This document shows positions 53,409 through 61,540 of a stretch of 64,000 nt of DNA, piece after piece (within the stretch, counting starts at the first letter, position 1; every line of letters begins with the position of its first letter). The stretch comes from Acidimicrobiia bacterium (GTDB lineage Bacteria; Actinomycetota; Acidimicrobiia; Acidimicrobiales; Aldehydirespiratoraceae). The stretch is taken from positions 71,923-135,922 of the forward strand of contig JAJEEV010000037.1 in assembly GCA_022820805.1 (NCBI GenBank), written 5' to 3'. The position numbers and the translations under genes are program-made. The notes beneath the pieces are model-generated. The model was given only the letters and a program-made list of their open reading frames with translations. It was not told the DNA's origin and did not search any database.

Positions 53409-54626
53409 TCAGCCGGTGAGGACCGGCAGGCTCTCCCAGCCTCGTACCGTGGACGTGCGGGCCTGCACCGCGTTGTCCCAGTCGACGTCCCATTCGGGCC
53501 AGCGCTTGAGCACCTCGTCGAGCACGATCCGTCCCTCGATGCGGGCCAGGGCCGCGCCCAGGCAGAAGTGGATGCCGTAGCCGAAGGCCAGGTGGAAGTC
53601 GATGGCGCGGTGGATGTCGAAGGTGTCGCCGTTGACGAACTTGCGGTCGTCGCGGTTGGCTGATCCGTTGATCAGCAGCATGACGCTGCCGGCGGGCACC
53701 GTCTGGCCGTGGAGCTCGATGTCGGCGGTCACCCAGCGGCCCTGTACCGGCGAGGGCGACTCGTAGCGGAGGATCTCCTCGATGGCCTGGCCGATGAGGC
53801 TGCGGTCGTCGACCAGGTCCCGTCGCTGGTCGGGGTGTTCGGCCAGCAGCATGCCGGTCCAGCCGATGAGGCGGGTGGTGGTCTCGTGGCCGGCGCCGTT
53901 GAGGAGCGCCACGAAGTTCAGGACCTCTTTGCGGGTGAGCCGGCGCAGGGTGCCGGTCTCATCCTCGAACTCCGCGTGGAGCAGCTCGGTCATCAGGTCG
54001 TCGGCGGGGTGGTCGGTCCGCCAGTCCATGTACTCGCGCAGGAGCTCGGCCGAGTTCTTGTTGCCGTCACGCCGGTAGGTGAAGTCCGGCATCGTGCCGT
54101 CGTCGAGTTTGATGCTGTCGTCGACCCGGTCGCGCAGCGTGTCCTGGTCCTGCTCGGGGATGCCCAGCAGCATGCCGATGGCCCGCATGGGCACCTGGGC
54201 GCCGAGGTCGGCGATGAAGTCGAAGCGGCCGGTGCCGACGTGGGGGTCGAGGCTGCGGGCGCAGAACTCGCGCAGCTTGGCCTCCAGGGCGTTCATCTTC
54301 TTGGGGGTGAACACTCTCGACACGAGGCCGCGGTGGTAGTCGTGCACGGGCGGGTCCTCGAAGATGATCATCCCCGGGGGGACCCGCAGCCCGCTCCGCA
54401 TGATCTCCAGGACGGTGCCCTTGGCCGAGCTGTAGGTACGCCAGTCCTTGAACGCCGCGGCCACGTCGTCGAACCGGCTGAGCGCATAGAAGTCGTAGCG
54501 CTCGTTGCGGTACAGCGGCTCCTCCTCGCGCAGCCGGCGCCAGACCGGGTACGGGTCGGCGTCGATCTCGAAGTCGAACGGGTCGTAGTACGGGCCGGGG
54601 GCGACCGCTGCCTCGGTGGTAGACAT
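53409..54626 (-). CDS. Cytochrome P450
   Basis: Heme-binding FGYGIHFCLG, EILRYESP (ExxR), AGHETT I-helix. Confidence 0.9.
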   Translation of the reverse strand: MSTTEAAVAPGPYYDPFDFEIDADPYPVWRRLREEEPLYRNERYDFYALSRFDDVAAAFKDWRTYSSAKGTVLEIMRSGLRVPPGMIIFEDPPVHDYHRGLVSRVFTPKKMNALEAKLREFCARSLDPHVGTGRFDFIADLGAQVPMRAIGMLLGIPEQDQDTLRDRVDDSIKLDDGTMPDFTYRRDGNKNSAELLREYMDWRTDHPADDLMTELLHAEFEDETGTLRRLTRKEVLNFVALLNGAGHETTTRLIGWTGMLLAEHPDQRRDLVDDRSLIGQAIEEILRYESPSPVQGRWVTADIELHGQTVPAGSVMLLINGSANRDDRKFVNGDTFDIHRAIDFHLAFGYGIHFCLGAALARIEGRIVLDEVLKRWPEWDVDWDNAVQARTSTVRGWESLPVLTG

Positions 54627-54632
54627 TTCCCC

Positions 54633-54812
54633 GGTCACGCTAGGCAGGAAGGGTTGATTGTCGCAATGAGCGCCTCGGGGACGACCAGGTCCCGGCAGGC
54701 GTGCGGTCACGCTAGGCAGGAAGGGCTGATTGTCGCAATAGACGCCTCGGGGACGACCAGGTCCCGGCAGGCGTGCGGTCACGCTAGGCAGGAAGGGTTG
54801 ATTGTCGCAATG
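54633..54812. repeat. 72-bp tandem repeat x2.5 of the SDR gene 5' region in the P450/SDR divergent promoter
   Basis: GGTCACGCTAGGCAGGAAGGG(T/C)TGATTGTCGCAAT at 54633, 54705, 54777; the third copy ends in the SDR ATG. Confidence 0.9.
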
Positions 54813-55637
54813 GCGCTGTTCGATGCGTTCCGGTTCGACGGCAGGCGGGTGCTGGTGGTGGGGGGTGCCACCGGGATGGGCGCCGCCGCGGCTGAGCTGG
54901 CCCTGGCCGCCGGTGCGGAGGTGGTGGTCATGGACCGGGCCGAGGTGACCCTGGCCGGGGCGACCGCCATCGGCTTGGACTTGGCCGAGCAGGCGTCGAT
55001 CGAGGCCGCGGTGGACGCTTGCGGCGGGCCGGTGCACGCCCTGCTGGCGTGCGCGGGAGTGGCCGACGGCACGCCGGGCCTCGAGCGGATCAACTTCGTC
55101 GGGCATCGTCACCTGATCGATCGCATGCTCGATGCCGGGATGCTGGCTGCGGGCTCGGCCATCGGCTTCATCTCGTCGTCGGCGGGCCTGGGCTGGGAGT
55201 CGAACCTCGAGGAGTTCAAGGAGGTGCTGGCCATCACCGACTTCGACGAGGCCGCGGCCTGGTTCGTGGCCCATCGCAAGGCCGACTACTTCCACACCAA
55301 GCAGGCGGTGTGCGCCTATGTCGCTGCCCAGGCCTACCCGATGCTTCAGCGGGGGGTTCGCATCAACGCCATCTGCCCGGGCCCGACGGTGACCCCGCTG
55401 GCCGAGGCCAACAGGGATCTGTGGCTGGAGTTCGGCGCCGACTACCGGTCCGACGCGGGGGTGGAGGCTTCCACGCCCATGGAGCAGGCCTACCCGCTGC
55501 TGTTCCTGTGCAGTGACGCCGCCGCGTACGTCACCGGGGTGACGTTGATCAGCGACGCCGGCTACATCAGCGCGGGAGTCACGGGGTCGTATCCCTCGGC
55601 CACCGACCCGGCCAACTTCCTCCTGGGCCGTTTCTGA
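54810..55637 (+). CDS. Short-chain dehydrogenase/reductase (SDR)
   Basis: VLVVGGATGMG cofactor motif, YFHTKQAV (YxxxK), INAICPGP; in-frame alternative ATG at 54666. Confidence 0.85.
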   Translation: MALFDAFRFDGRRVLVVGGATGMGAAAAELALAAGAEVVVMDRAEVTLAGATAIGLDLAEQASIEAAVDACGGPVHALLACAGVADGTPGLERINFVGHRHLIDRMLDAGMLAAGSAIGFISSSAGLGWESNLEEFKEVLAITDFDEAAAWFVAHRKADYFHTKQAVCAYVAAQAYPMLQRGVRINAICPGPTVTPLAEANRDLWLEFGADYRSDAGVEASTPMEQAYPLLFLCSDAAAYVTGVTLISDAGYISAGVTGSYPSATDPANFLLGRF

Positions 55638-55696
55638 GCGTGGGCGTGCCGGGCGTCAGCTTCTTGTTGGGCTGTTTTTGAGCGTGGGCGTGCCGG
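55624..55696. repeat. 44-bp duplication of the SDR stop region
   Basis: TGGGC(C/T)GTTT(C/T)TGAGCGTGGGCGTGCCGG at 55624 and 55668. Confidence 0.8.
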
Positions 55697-55739
55697 AGGC
55701 CGGTCACGGCCGGACCCGGTGGCGTCTATCCTCGGTGCC

Positions 55740-56021
55740 ATGCCGAGACCCACCAAGCGCCGTGTGCCGGCTGGTCGTGTGACGGCCAAGGGCACCCGCC
55801 CCGACAACTACAAGCCCGACCAGCAGAGCCACACCGGGTTTGATGCGCAGCCTCCGAGCCCGATCTGGGTGCCGATCCTGCTGTTCAGCCTGCTCGGGGC
55901 AGGCGTGGCACTGATCATCGTCAACTACCTGGCCGTGTTCTGGGACACCTCGAACGTGGTGCTGCTCGGAGGTCTGGCCCTGATCCTGGCCGGGATCGTC
56001 ACAGCCACCCAGTACCGCTGA
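55740..56021 (+). CDS. crgA: Cell division protein CrgA
   Basis: MPRPTKRRV basic N-terminus, two TM helices (IWVPILLFSLLGAGVALIIVNYL, VVLLGGLALILAGIV), about 93 aa. Confidence 0.8.
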   Translation: MPRPTKRRVPAGRVTAKGTRPDNYKPDQQSHTGFDAQPPSPIWVPILLFSLLGAGVALIIVNYLAVFWDTSNVVLLGGLALILAGIVTATQYR

Positions 56022-56132
56022 CGCTCCGTCCCCTCGGGGGTAGCCGGACGGCAGGGGCCTGATCACACCCTTGTAATTTTCCCCCGATTTGCCCACAGCC
56101 TGTGGATAACTGTCGGATCGGGTATCGGGTCG

Positions 56133-56459
56133 TCACTCAATGGGAGTGACCAGGTCCATCTCGTCCTGGCAGTGACGAGGCGGTTCGGGGTCCTCGTCGG
56201 GGGCGACGGTCATGCGCACCTCGGCGCCGCAGATGCTGCACCGGTACTCGATCTTGACCTTGCGCAGGATGCCCGGGTCGGGTGGCTCGGGCAGCGGCCG
56301 GGCCAGGTTGCGCAGCATGGCCAGCCCCAGCCGCAGCACCGCGTAGGCGATCACCACCGCGATCAGAACCTTCAGCAGGTCGGCCAGGACGGCGCCGAGC
56401 ACCAGGCCGCCAAGCGCCAGCACGATCAGCCCGATGTTGACGGCCTTCTCTCGCTGCAT
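56133..56459 (-). CDS. Small membrane protein with C-terminal CxxC..HC zinc-ribbon-like tail
   Basis: Two hydrophobic helices, then YRCSICGAEV...PRHCQDE; high GC3. Confidence 0.55.
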   Translation of the reverse strand: MQREKAVNIGLIVLALGGLVLGAVLADLLKVLIAVVIAYAVLRLGLAMLRNLARPLPEPPDPGILRKVKIEYRCSICGAEVRMTVAPDEDPEPPRHCQDEMDLVTPIE

Positions 56460-56554
56460 CCCTGTGACGGCCTCCCGCCTGCGGACGACCCGCCGCCCCG
56501 ATGCTACGCCACGGTCCGCCGGCGGCCCTAGCGATTGCTCCCGGCCCCGTCGAG

Positions 56555-57067
56555 TCAGGCAGGCGCCGCCGTGGGCCCAAGCGGGTCGGCCGGTGGGGAT
56601 CGGAACGGTTGCTCCACTGACGGCCGATCGTCCGCCATTGGTGGCGCCCGGGGAGGATCAGCGATCTCGGTGCCCGCCTCAGGTGGCAGTGGCCTCTCCG
56701 TGAGCGCCTCCGTGGGTGCCGGGTCGGGCTCCTGCAGTTGTGGGGCCACCGTGGGCTCGGGTGCTGGCGACGGTGGTCGAGGTGCTGCATGCCGAGGCTC
56801 GATCGAGAGCCCGCCGCGGGCCAGCGCCGTGATCAGTTCGTCGACCTTTTGCTCGAGTCGGTCGAACCTGTGTTCAAGTCTGTCGAGGCGTGTGTTGACT
56901 TCGCTGAAGCGTTCGTTGGTGGTCGTGATCTGTTCGGTGAACCGGGTGTCGACGTGGCTGCGCAGGTCGCGGAAGTCAGTACGCATCCACCGGAAGCCCG
57001 CGCCGCATGCTGCTACGAGCGCGGCTAGCGCAACTCCCAACAGCGTGGTGAGGACTTCGACTTCCAT
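56555..57067 (-). CDS. Membrane-anchored coiled-coil protein with Pro-rich C-terminus (paralogue type of 37264-37830)
   Basis: TM LLGVALAALVAACGAGF, coiled coil NTRLDRLEHRFDRLEQKVDEL; ATG 57067 lies 7 nt after a TACGGT -10-like hexamer (possible leaderless start); ORF opens at GTG 57076. Confidence 0.6.
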   Translation of the reverse strand: MEVEVLTTLLGVALAALVAACGAGFRWMRTDFRDLRSHVDTRFTEQITTTNERFSEVNTRLDRLEHRFDRLEQKVDELITALARGGLSIEPRHAAPRPPSPAPEPTVAPQLQEPDPAPTEALTERPLPPEAGTEIADPPRAPPMADDRPSVEQPFRSPPADPLGPTAAPA

Positions 57068-57074
57068 AGGGGCC

Positions 57075-57103
57075 ACCGTAACAGATCACTATGACATAGA
57101 CAA
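57075..57103 (-). promoter_or_regulatory. Candidate promoter TTGTCT-17-TACGGT in an AT-rich island
   Basis: Hexamers at 57098-57103 and 57075-57080 (minus strand), just upstream of ATG 57067. Confidence 0.3.
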
Positions 57104-57122
57104 CTTGAAAATGACTTAAATA

Positions 57123-58265
57123 TCAGGAATGCCACATTATGGCGACGGAACCGGTGGGGCCGGCGCTGATGGTGAGCAGCAGCCGCCCCGCGCCCGGTCC
57201 GGTCAGCCCATCGGTGATGAGGCGCAGTTCCTCTGCCGCTGCCGCGTTGCCGGTGGCCACCGCCCCGCCGGACCGGTTGAGACGGCTCGCATCCGTCCCC
57301 AGAGCGCGGGCAACCAGCTCGACAGTGGCCGCGTCGTGCTCGACGACCGCGATGTCGTCCACGTCGTCGAGCTCCCCGCCAGCCTCTGCGACCGCCTGTG
57401 CTACTGCCGCGGCCACATTGCCGGTCGGATCGAACGGGTCGCCCGCAGCCCGCCCCGTTCCCGTCACTCTGGCAACCCGGTCGGACGGTGCGGGCGAGGT
57501 GACGGCTTGCAGCAGCACTGCGGCCACCGCGTCGGCGGGGGGAGCGAAGGTGGCCGCGGTCAGCAGGCCTTCGTCGTCGAAGGCCGGGGGCAACTCCGCG
57601 GTGTCGCCCCAGGCGCGCACCACATCGACAGCCACCGGATCGCCCGGGTACACGCCTGGCCCGGCCGCGTCGCCCGGCCGAGCCGCCACCGCCACGATGG
57701 CCGGGCTGGCCCCGGCGGCCGACCGCCTCCGCCGGGACTCCCCGGCCGCGCCATCAAGATCGATCCGGCCGATGCCCGCCGCCACAGCGGCACGCTCCGA
57801 CAGCCGGGGCGCGGGCAGCAGCCCGCCCGTCGCCGCGAACCGTTCGGCCACCCCGCCCCACGGCGCGCCGTAGGTGCGGTTGAGGGCGGCCGCGCCCGGC
57901 GGCACCACCGAGCACAGGCCCAGCCCGACCACCAGCACCGTGCGGACCTGCCCGGCCCGGATCGACGCCGCCGCGGTCTGCACCGCAGCCAGGCCGCTGG
58001 TCTCGCCCCGGTCGACTACCAGGCCGCCTACCGCCACCGGCCAGCCGGCGGCCAGCACGATCGCCCGGGCTGCGTCGGCTCCGCAGGCCCCGACCGGGTC
58101 GGCGCAGCCCACGACCAGCTCGTCCAGGTTCTCGGCCGAGAGCCGGGCACGTTCCAGTGCTTCCCGGCCCACCACGCCAGCCAGCTCCACCGGGGTCCAC
58201 CCGGCCAGCTCGCCGTCCACCGGCCGCACCGCAGTCCGGGCCACCGCCACCGCCGCCACGCTCAC
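57123..58265 (-). CDS. Thiolase-fold protein lacking the canonical catalytic residues
   Basis: Thiolase-like pattern (ETSGLAAVQTAAASIRAG, NRSGGAVATGNAAAAEE, LTISAGPTGS) but Cys/His/Cys positions read as Glu-Thr/Asn/Ser; GTG start tentative. Confidence 0.65.
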   Translation of the reverse strand: MSVAAVAVARTAVRPVDGELAGWTPVELAGVVGREALERARLSAENLDELVVGCADPVGACGADAARAIVLAAGWPVAVGGLVVDRGETSGLAAVQTAAASIRAGQVRTVLVVGLGLCSVVPPGAAALNRTYGAPWGGVAERFAATGGLLPAPRLSERAAVAAGIGRIDLDGAAGESRRRRSAAGASPAIVAVAARPGDAAGPGVYPGDPVAVDVVRAWGDTAELPPAFDDEGLLTAATFAPPADAVAAVLLQAVTSPAPSDRVARVTGTGRAAGDPFDPTGNVAAAVAQAVAEAGGELDDVDDIAVVEHDAATVELVARALGTDASRLNRSGGAVATGNAAAAEELRLITDGLTGPGAGRLLLTISAGPTGSVAIMWHS

Positions 58266-58314
58266 GTCCGCACCCACGGACTGAATGTCTACTCCCCGCC
58301 GTCGCCCGGCTGCT

Positions 58315-58439
58315 CTGTGTGTCGTCGGGTCGTCCCGCACCGACCTGGACGGCCTGGCGCCGTGCGTCGTCGGGTCGTACCGAGCCCGCATTGATCTGTG
58401 GTGGCGCTGTGTGTCGTCGGGTCGCCCCGGCACCGACTC
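58315..58439. repeat. About 46-bp tandem repeat x3 (TGTGTCGTCGGGTCG..CCGCACCGAC)
   Basis: TG(T/C)GTCGTCGGGTCG at 58318, 58363, 58410, in the divergent intergenic region. Confidence 0.75.
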
Positions 58440-58612
58440 CGCACGGGACCCGTGGTGGCTTGGCCCCGGTTGCCAGCACCACCCGAGGCCACCGGCCCAG
58501 CCGATGCTGCACGCTGCACGGCGGCCGGGGGACCACGGCGGTGAGCGCTAAGGCGCCGTGCCTACACTCGCACCGTCCGCCGCCCGTCGACGCACGCAAC
58601 CAGGAGGTCACC

Positions 58613-59230
58613 GTGAGCAAGCGCACAGCCGACATCGTCATCAGGGCGCTCACTGCGCTCACGATCCTCGGCCTGGTCCTGGCTGCGGTCCTGTACGAGC
58701 CGTCGGACGCCGCCCGGGAGGTCGACATCGCCCTGATGATCCTGCGGGCCGGGCTGGGGATGATGATCTTCGTCCACGGCTTCAACAAGGCCTTCAGGGG
58801 CGGCAAGCTCGCCGGCACCGGCCGCTGGTTCGAGTCGATGGGGATGCGACCAGGCAGGGTCCACGCCACCTTGGCGGCCGGCTCCGAGATGGGTGTGGGC
58901 GCACTGCTCGTGGTCGGCCTGATCACCCCGGTGGCCGCGGCCGGCCTGATCGGCCTGATGGTGGTGGCGTTCTGGACCGTCCACCGTGACAAAGGCTTCA
59001 TGATCACCGGCGAGGGCTGGGAGTACGTCGCCCTGATCGCGGTCATGAGCCTGGTGTCGGCCGTGCTCGGCCCCGGCGACATATCCCTCGACGCCGCCCT
59101 GGACATCACCGCCAACCTCGACGGCTGGACCGGCCTGTGGATCGCCCTGCTGCTCGGCGTCGGCGCCGGAGCGGCCCAGCTCCTGCTCTTCTTCCGCCCG
59201 CCCGAACCCGAACCCGCCGAGGATGGCTGA
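58613..59230 (+). CDS. DoxX family membrane protein
   Basis: AGGAGG 6 nt before GTG; ILRAGLGMMIFVHGFNK, four hydrophobic helices. Confidence 0.8.
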   Translation: MSKRTADIVIRALTALTILGLVLAAVLYEPSDAAREVDIALMILRAGLGMMIFVHGFNKAFRGGKLAGTGRWFESMGMRPGRVHATLAAGSEMGVGALLVVGLITPVAAAGLIGLMVVAFWTVHRDKGFMITGEGWEYVALIAVMSLVSAVLGPGDISLDAALDITANLDGWTGLWIALLLGVGAGAAQLLLFFRPPEPEPAEDG

Positions 59231-59498
59231 CGCTGCGGAAGTGCTCAGGAGTTTGCGGCGGCTCCTCATCGGGAGGTTGAAGTACCGGAGCCGCCGGGAG
59301 CGGGTGGGTCACGGCATCAGCACAGGCGCGGTGTTCGCGTTCATCATGTTCCCGGCCGCCCACTTCGAGTGGTTCGACTCAAGCATCTCGCTGGCTCTGT
59401 GGGCCATATTCGCGAGCGTCGGCCTGAACGCCATCGGCTGGCTGTTGTGGGAGTTCTGGGGTCGCCAGCGGTTCCCCCTGAGCCCTGGCGACGGCTAG
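59223..59498 (+). CDS. Small two-helix membrane protein
   Basis: ATG overlaps the DoxX stop region by 8 nt; high GC3; two hydrophobic segments. Confidence 0.5.
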   Translation: MADAAEVLRSLRRLLIGRLKYRSRRERVGHGISTGAVFAFIMFPAAHFEWFDSSISLALWAIFASVGLNAIGWLLWEFWGRQRFPLSPGDG

Positions 59499-59505
59499 CG
59501 CACTC

Positions 59506-60462
59506 CTAGACCCTGGGGCGGGTCCGGGGACGTAGCCACGGGCGGCTGACCCGGCCGGCGGCAAGGTCGGCCCCGGCGTGGCCGAAGATGGCCCCCAGCA
59601 CCAGCAGCCCGCCGGCCACGGTCACCAGCGGGGGCGCCTCGGCCAGCACAATCCACGCCAGCAGGATCGAGAACGGCGTCTCGCTGGAGGTCAGCAGCCC
59701 GGCCTCGGCGGCCGGGATCAGCCGCACCCCCTCGGTCCACAGCACCAGCGACACCGCGAACACCGTCCCGAAGAACACCAGGAGCGGCATCTGGTCGGCG
59801 GCCACCCCCAGCGGGTCGGCCACCGCCAGCGCCACCACGAACAGCAGCACGCCGGCCGAGCCCAGAGCGAGCACCGCGTCGGCGCCCTCGAATCGGCGTA
59901 TCAGCACGATCAGCAGGGCCAGGGTCAGCGCCAGGATGACGGCCCGCAGGTTGCCGTCGAGGTCGCCGGGTCCGAGGTTGCCGGCCACGGTCAGGGTCAC
60001 GCCGCCCAGGGCCACCAGACCCGCCACCACCGTCGAGCGTCGCAGCCGCTCACGCAGGATCAGCCACGCCAACCCGGCGGCCAGGAACGGAACGGTGGCC
60101 GCGATCACGCTGACGTTGGCCACCTCTGTCCTCTGGAGCGCGTCGATGTACAGGATCATCGAAAGGCCCGACAGGCCGACCAGCAGCAGGCCCTGGGGTC
60201 CCAGGGTGGCGCTCACCCGCAGGCGGGCATGCGAACCACTCATGCGGCCCCGCAGCCACACGTAGACCAGCGTGCCGCCGCCGCCGATCAGGCTCCGCCA
60301 GCTGGCGAGCTGCCAGGCGTCGGCGTCGATGCTGCGGGAGATGGCGCCGGTGGCGCCGAACCCGAACCCCGACACCAGCATCATGGCCACGCCCAGCCGG
60401 CGCGACCGTTGCGACCGCGCCGGGGGCGTCCCCCGACCTGCGGCCCCCGACTCGGCCGTCAA
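59506..60462 (-). CDS. DMT (EamA-like) family transporter
   Basis: Ten-helix hydrophobic profile with duplicated EamA-type halves. Confidence 0.8.
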   Translation of the reverse strand: MTAESGAAGRGTPPARSQRSRRLGVAMMLVSGFGFGATGAISRSIDADAWQLASWRSLIGGGGTLVYVWLRGRMSGSHARLRVSATLGPQGLLLVGLSGLSMILYIDALQRTEVANVSVIAATVPFLAAGLAWLILRERLRRSTVVAGLVALGGVTLTVAGNLGPGDLDGNLRAVILALTLALLIVLIRRFEGADAVLALGSAGVLLFVVALAVADPLGVAADQMPLLVFFGTVFAVSLVLWTEGVRLIPAAEAGLLTSSETPFSILLAWIVLAEAPPLVTVAGGLLVLGAIFGHAGADLAAGRVSRPWLRPRTRPRV

Positions 60463-60466
60463 CTAC

Positions 60467-60664
60467 AGGACCGGCCGTCGACTCGGGCCCGGCGGTCCAT
60501 CGAGGACCGGCCGTCGACTCGGGCCCGGCGGTCCATCGAGAACGGGCGGTCCATCGAGGACCGGCCGTCGACTCGGGCCCGGCGGTCCATCGAGAACCGG
60601 CGGTCCATCAAGAACCGGCCGTCTGTCAAGAACCGGTCGTCTGTCAAGGACCGGTCGTCATCTA
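60467..60664. repeat. 18-bp-based tandem repeat (AGRACCGGNCGTC...), about 11 units, some paired into 36-bp units
   Basis: AGGACCGGCCGTCGACTCGGGCCCGGCGGTCCATCG x3 interleaved with AGAAC(C/G)GGCGGTCCATC(G/A) etc. Confidence 0.85.
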
Positions 60665-60680
60665 CGGGCTCGACGGACGG

Positions 60681-61337
<657 letters not shown>

Positions 61338-61371
61338 GTCTGGACTGTACTCGCCACCACAACCCCCCATA

Positions 61372-61492
61372 TTTCTCGGGAGTTCCGGCCCCGCTGTGTG
61401 ACACGCAGCGCTCCCGAGATCCAGCGGGGTGCGGTGTGGCGGTTTCTTGGGAGTTCTGGCCCCGCTGTGTGACACGCAGCGCTCCCGAGATT
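61372..61492. repeat. Family-2 hairpin repeat, 1.7 units (71-bp period, family 2d)
   Basis: TTTCT(C/T)GGGAGTTC(C/T)GGCCCCGCTGTGTGACACGCAGCGCTCCCGAGAT at 61372 and 61443. Confidence 0.85.
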
Positions 61493-61540
61493 CGGCGGCA
61501 GACGGATCGGGCCAACGCGGCCACGGCTACCCTCTGCGCA

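Noticed and set aside
53409-55637. 628-aa (minus) and 642-aa (plus) ORFs spanning the P450/SDR intergenic repeats
   Set aside because: Each is the true gene (P450 from 54626, SDR from 54810) extended through the stop-free 72-bp repeats and then antisense through the neighbour. The extensions have no protein-like features.
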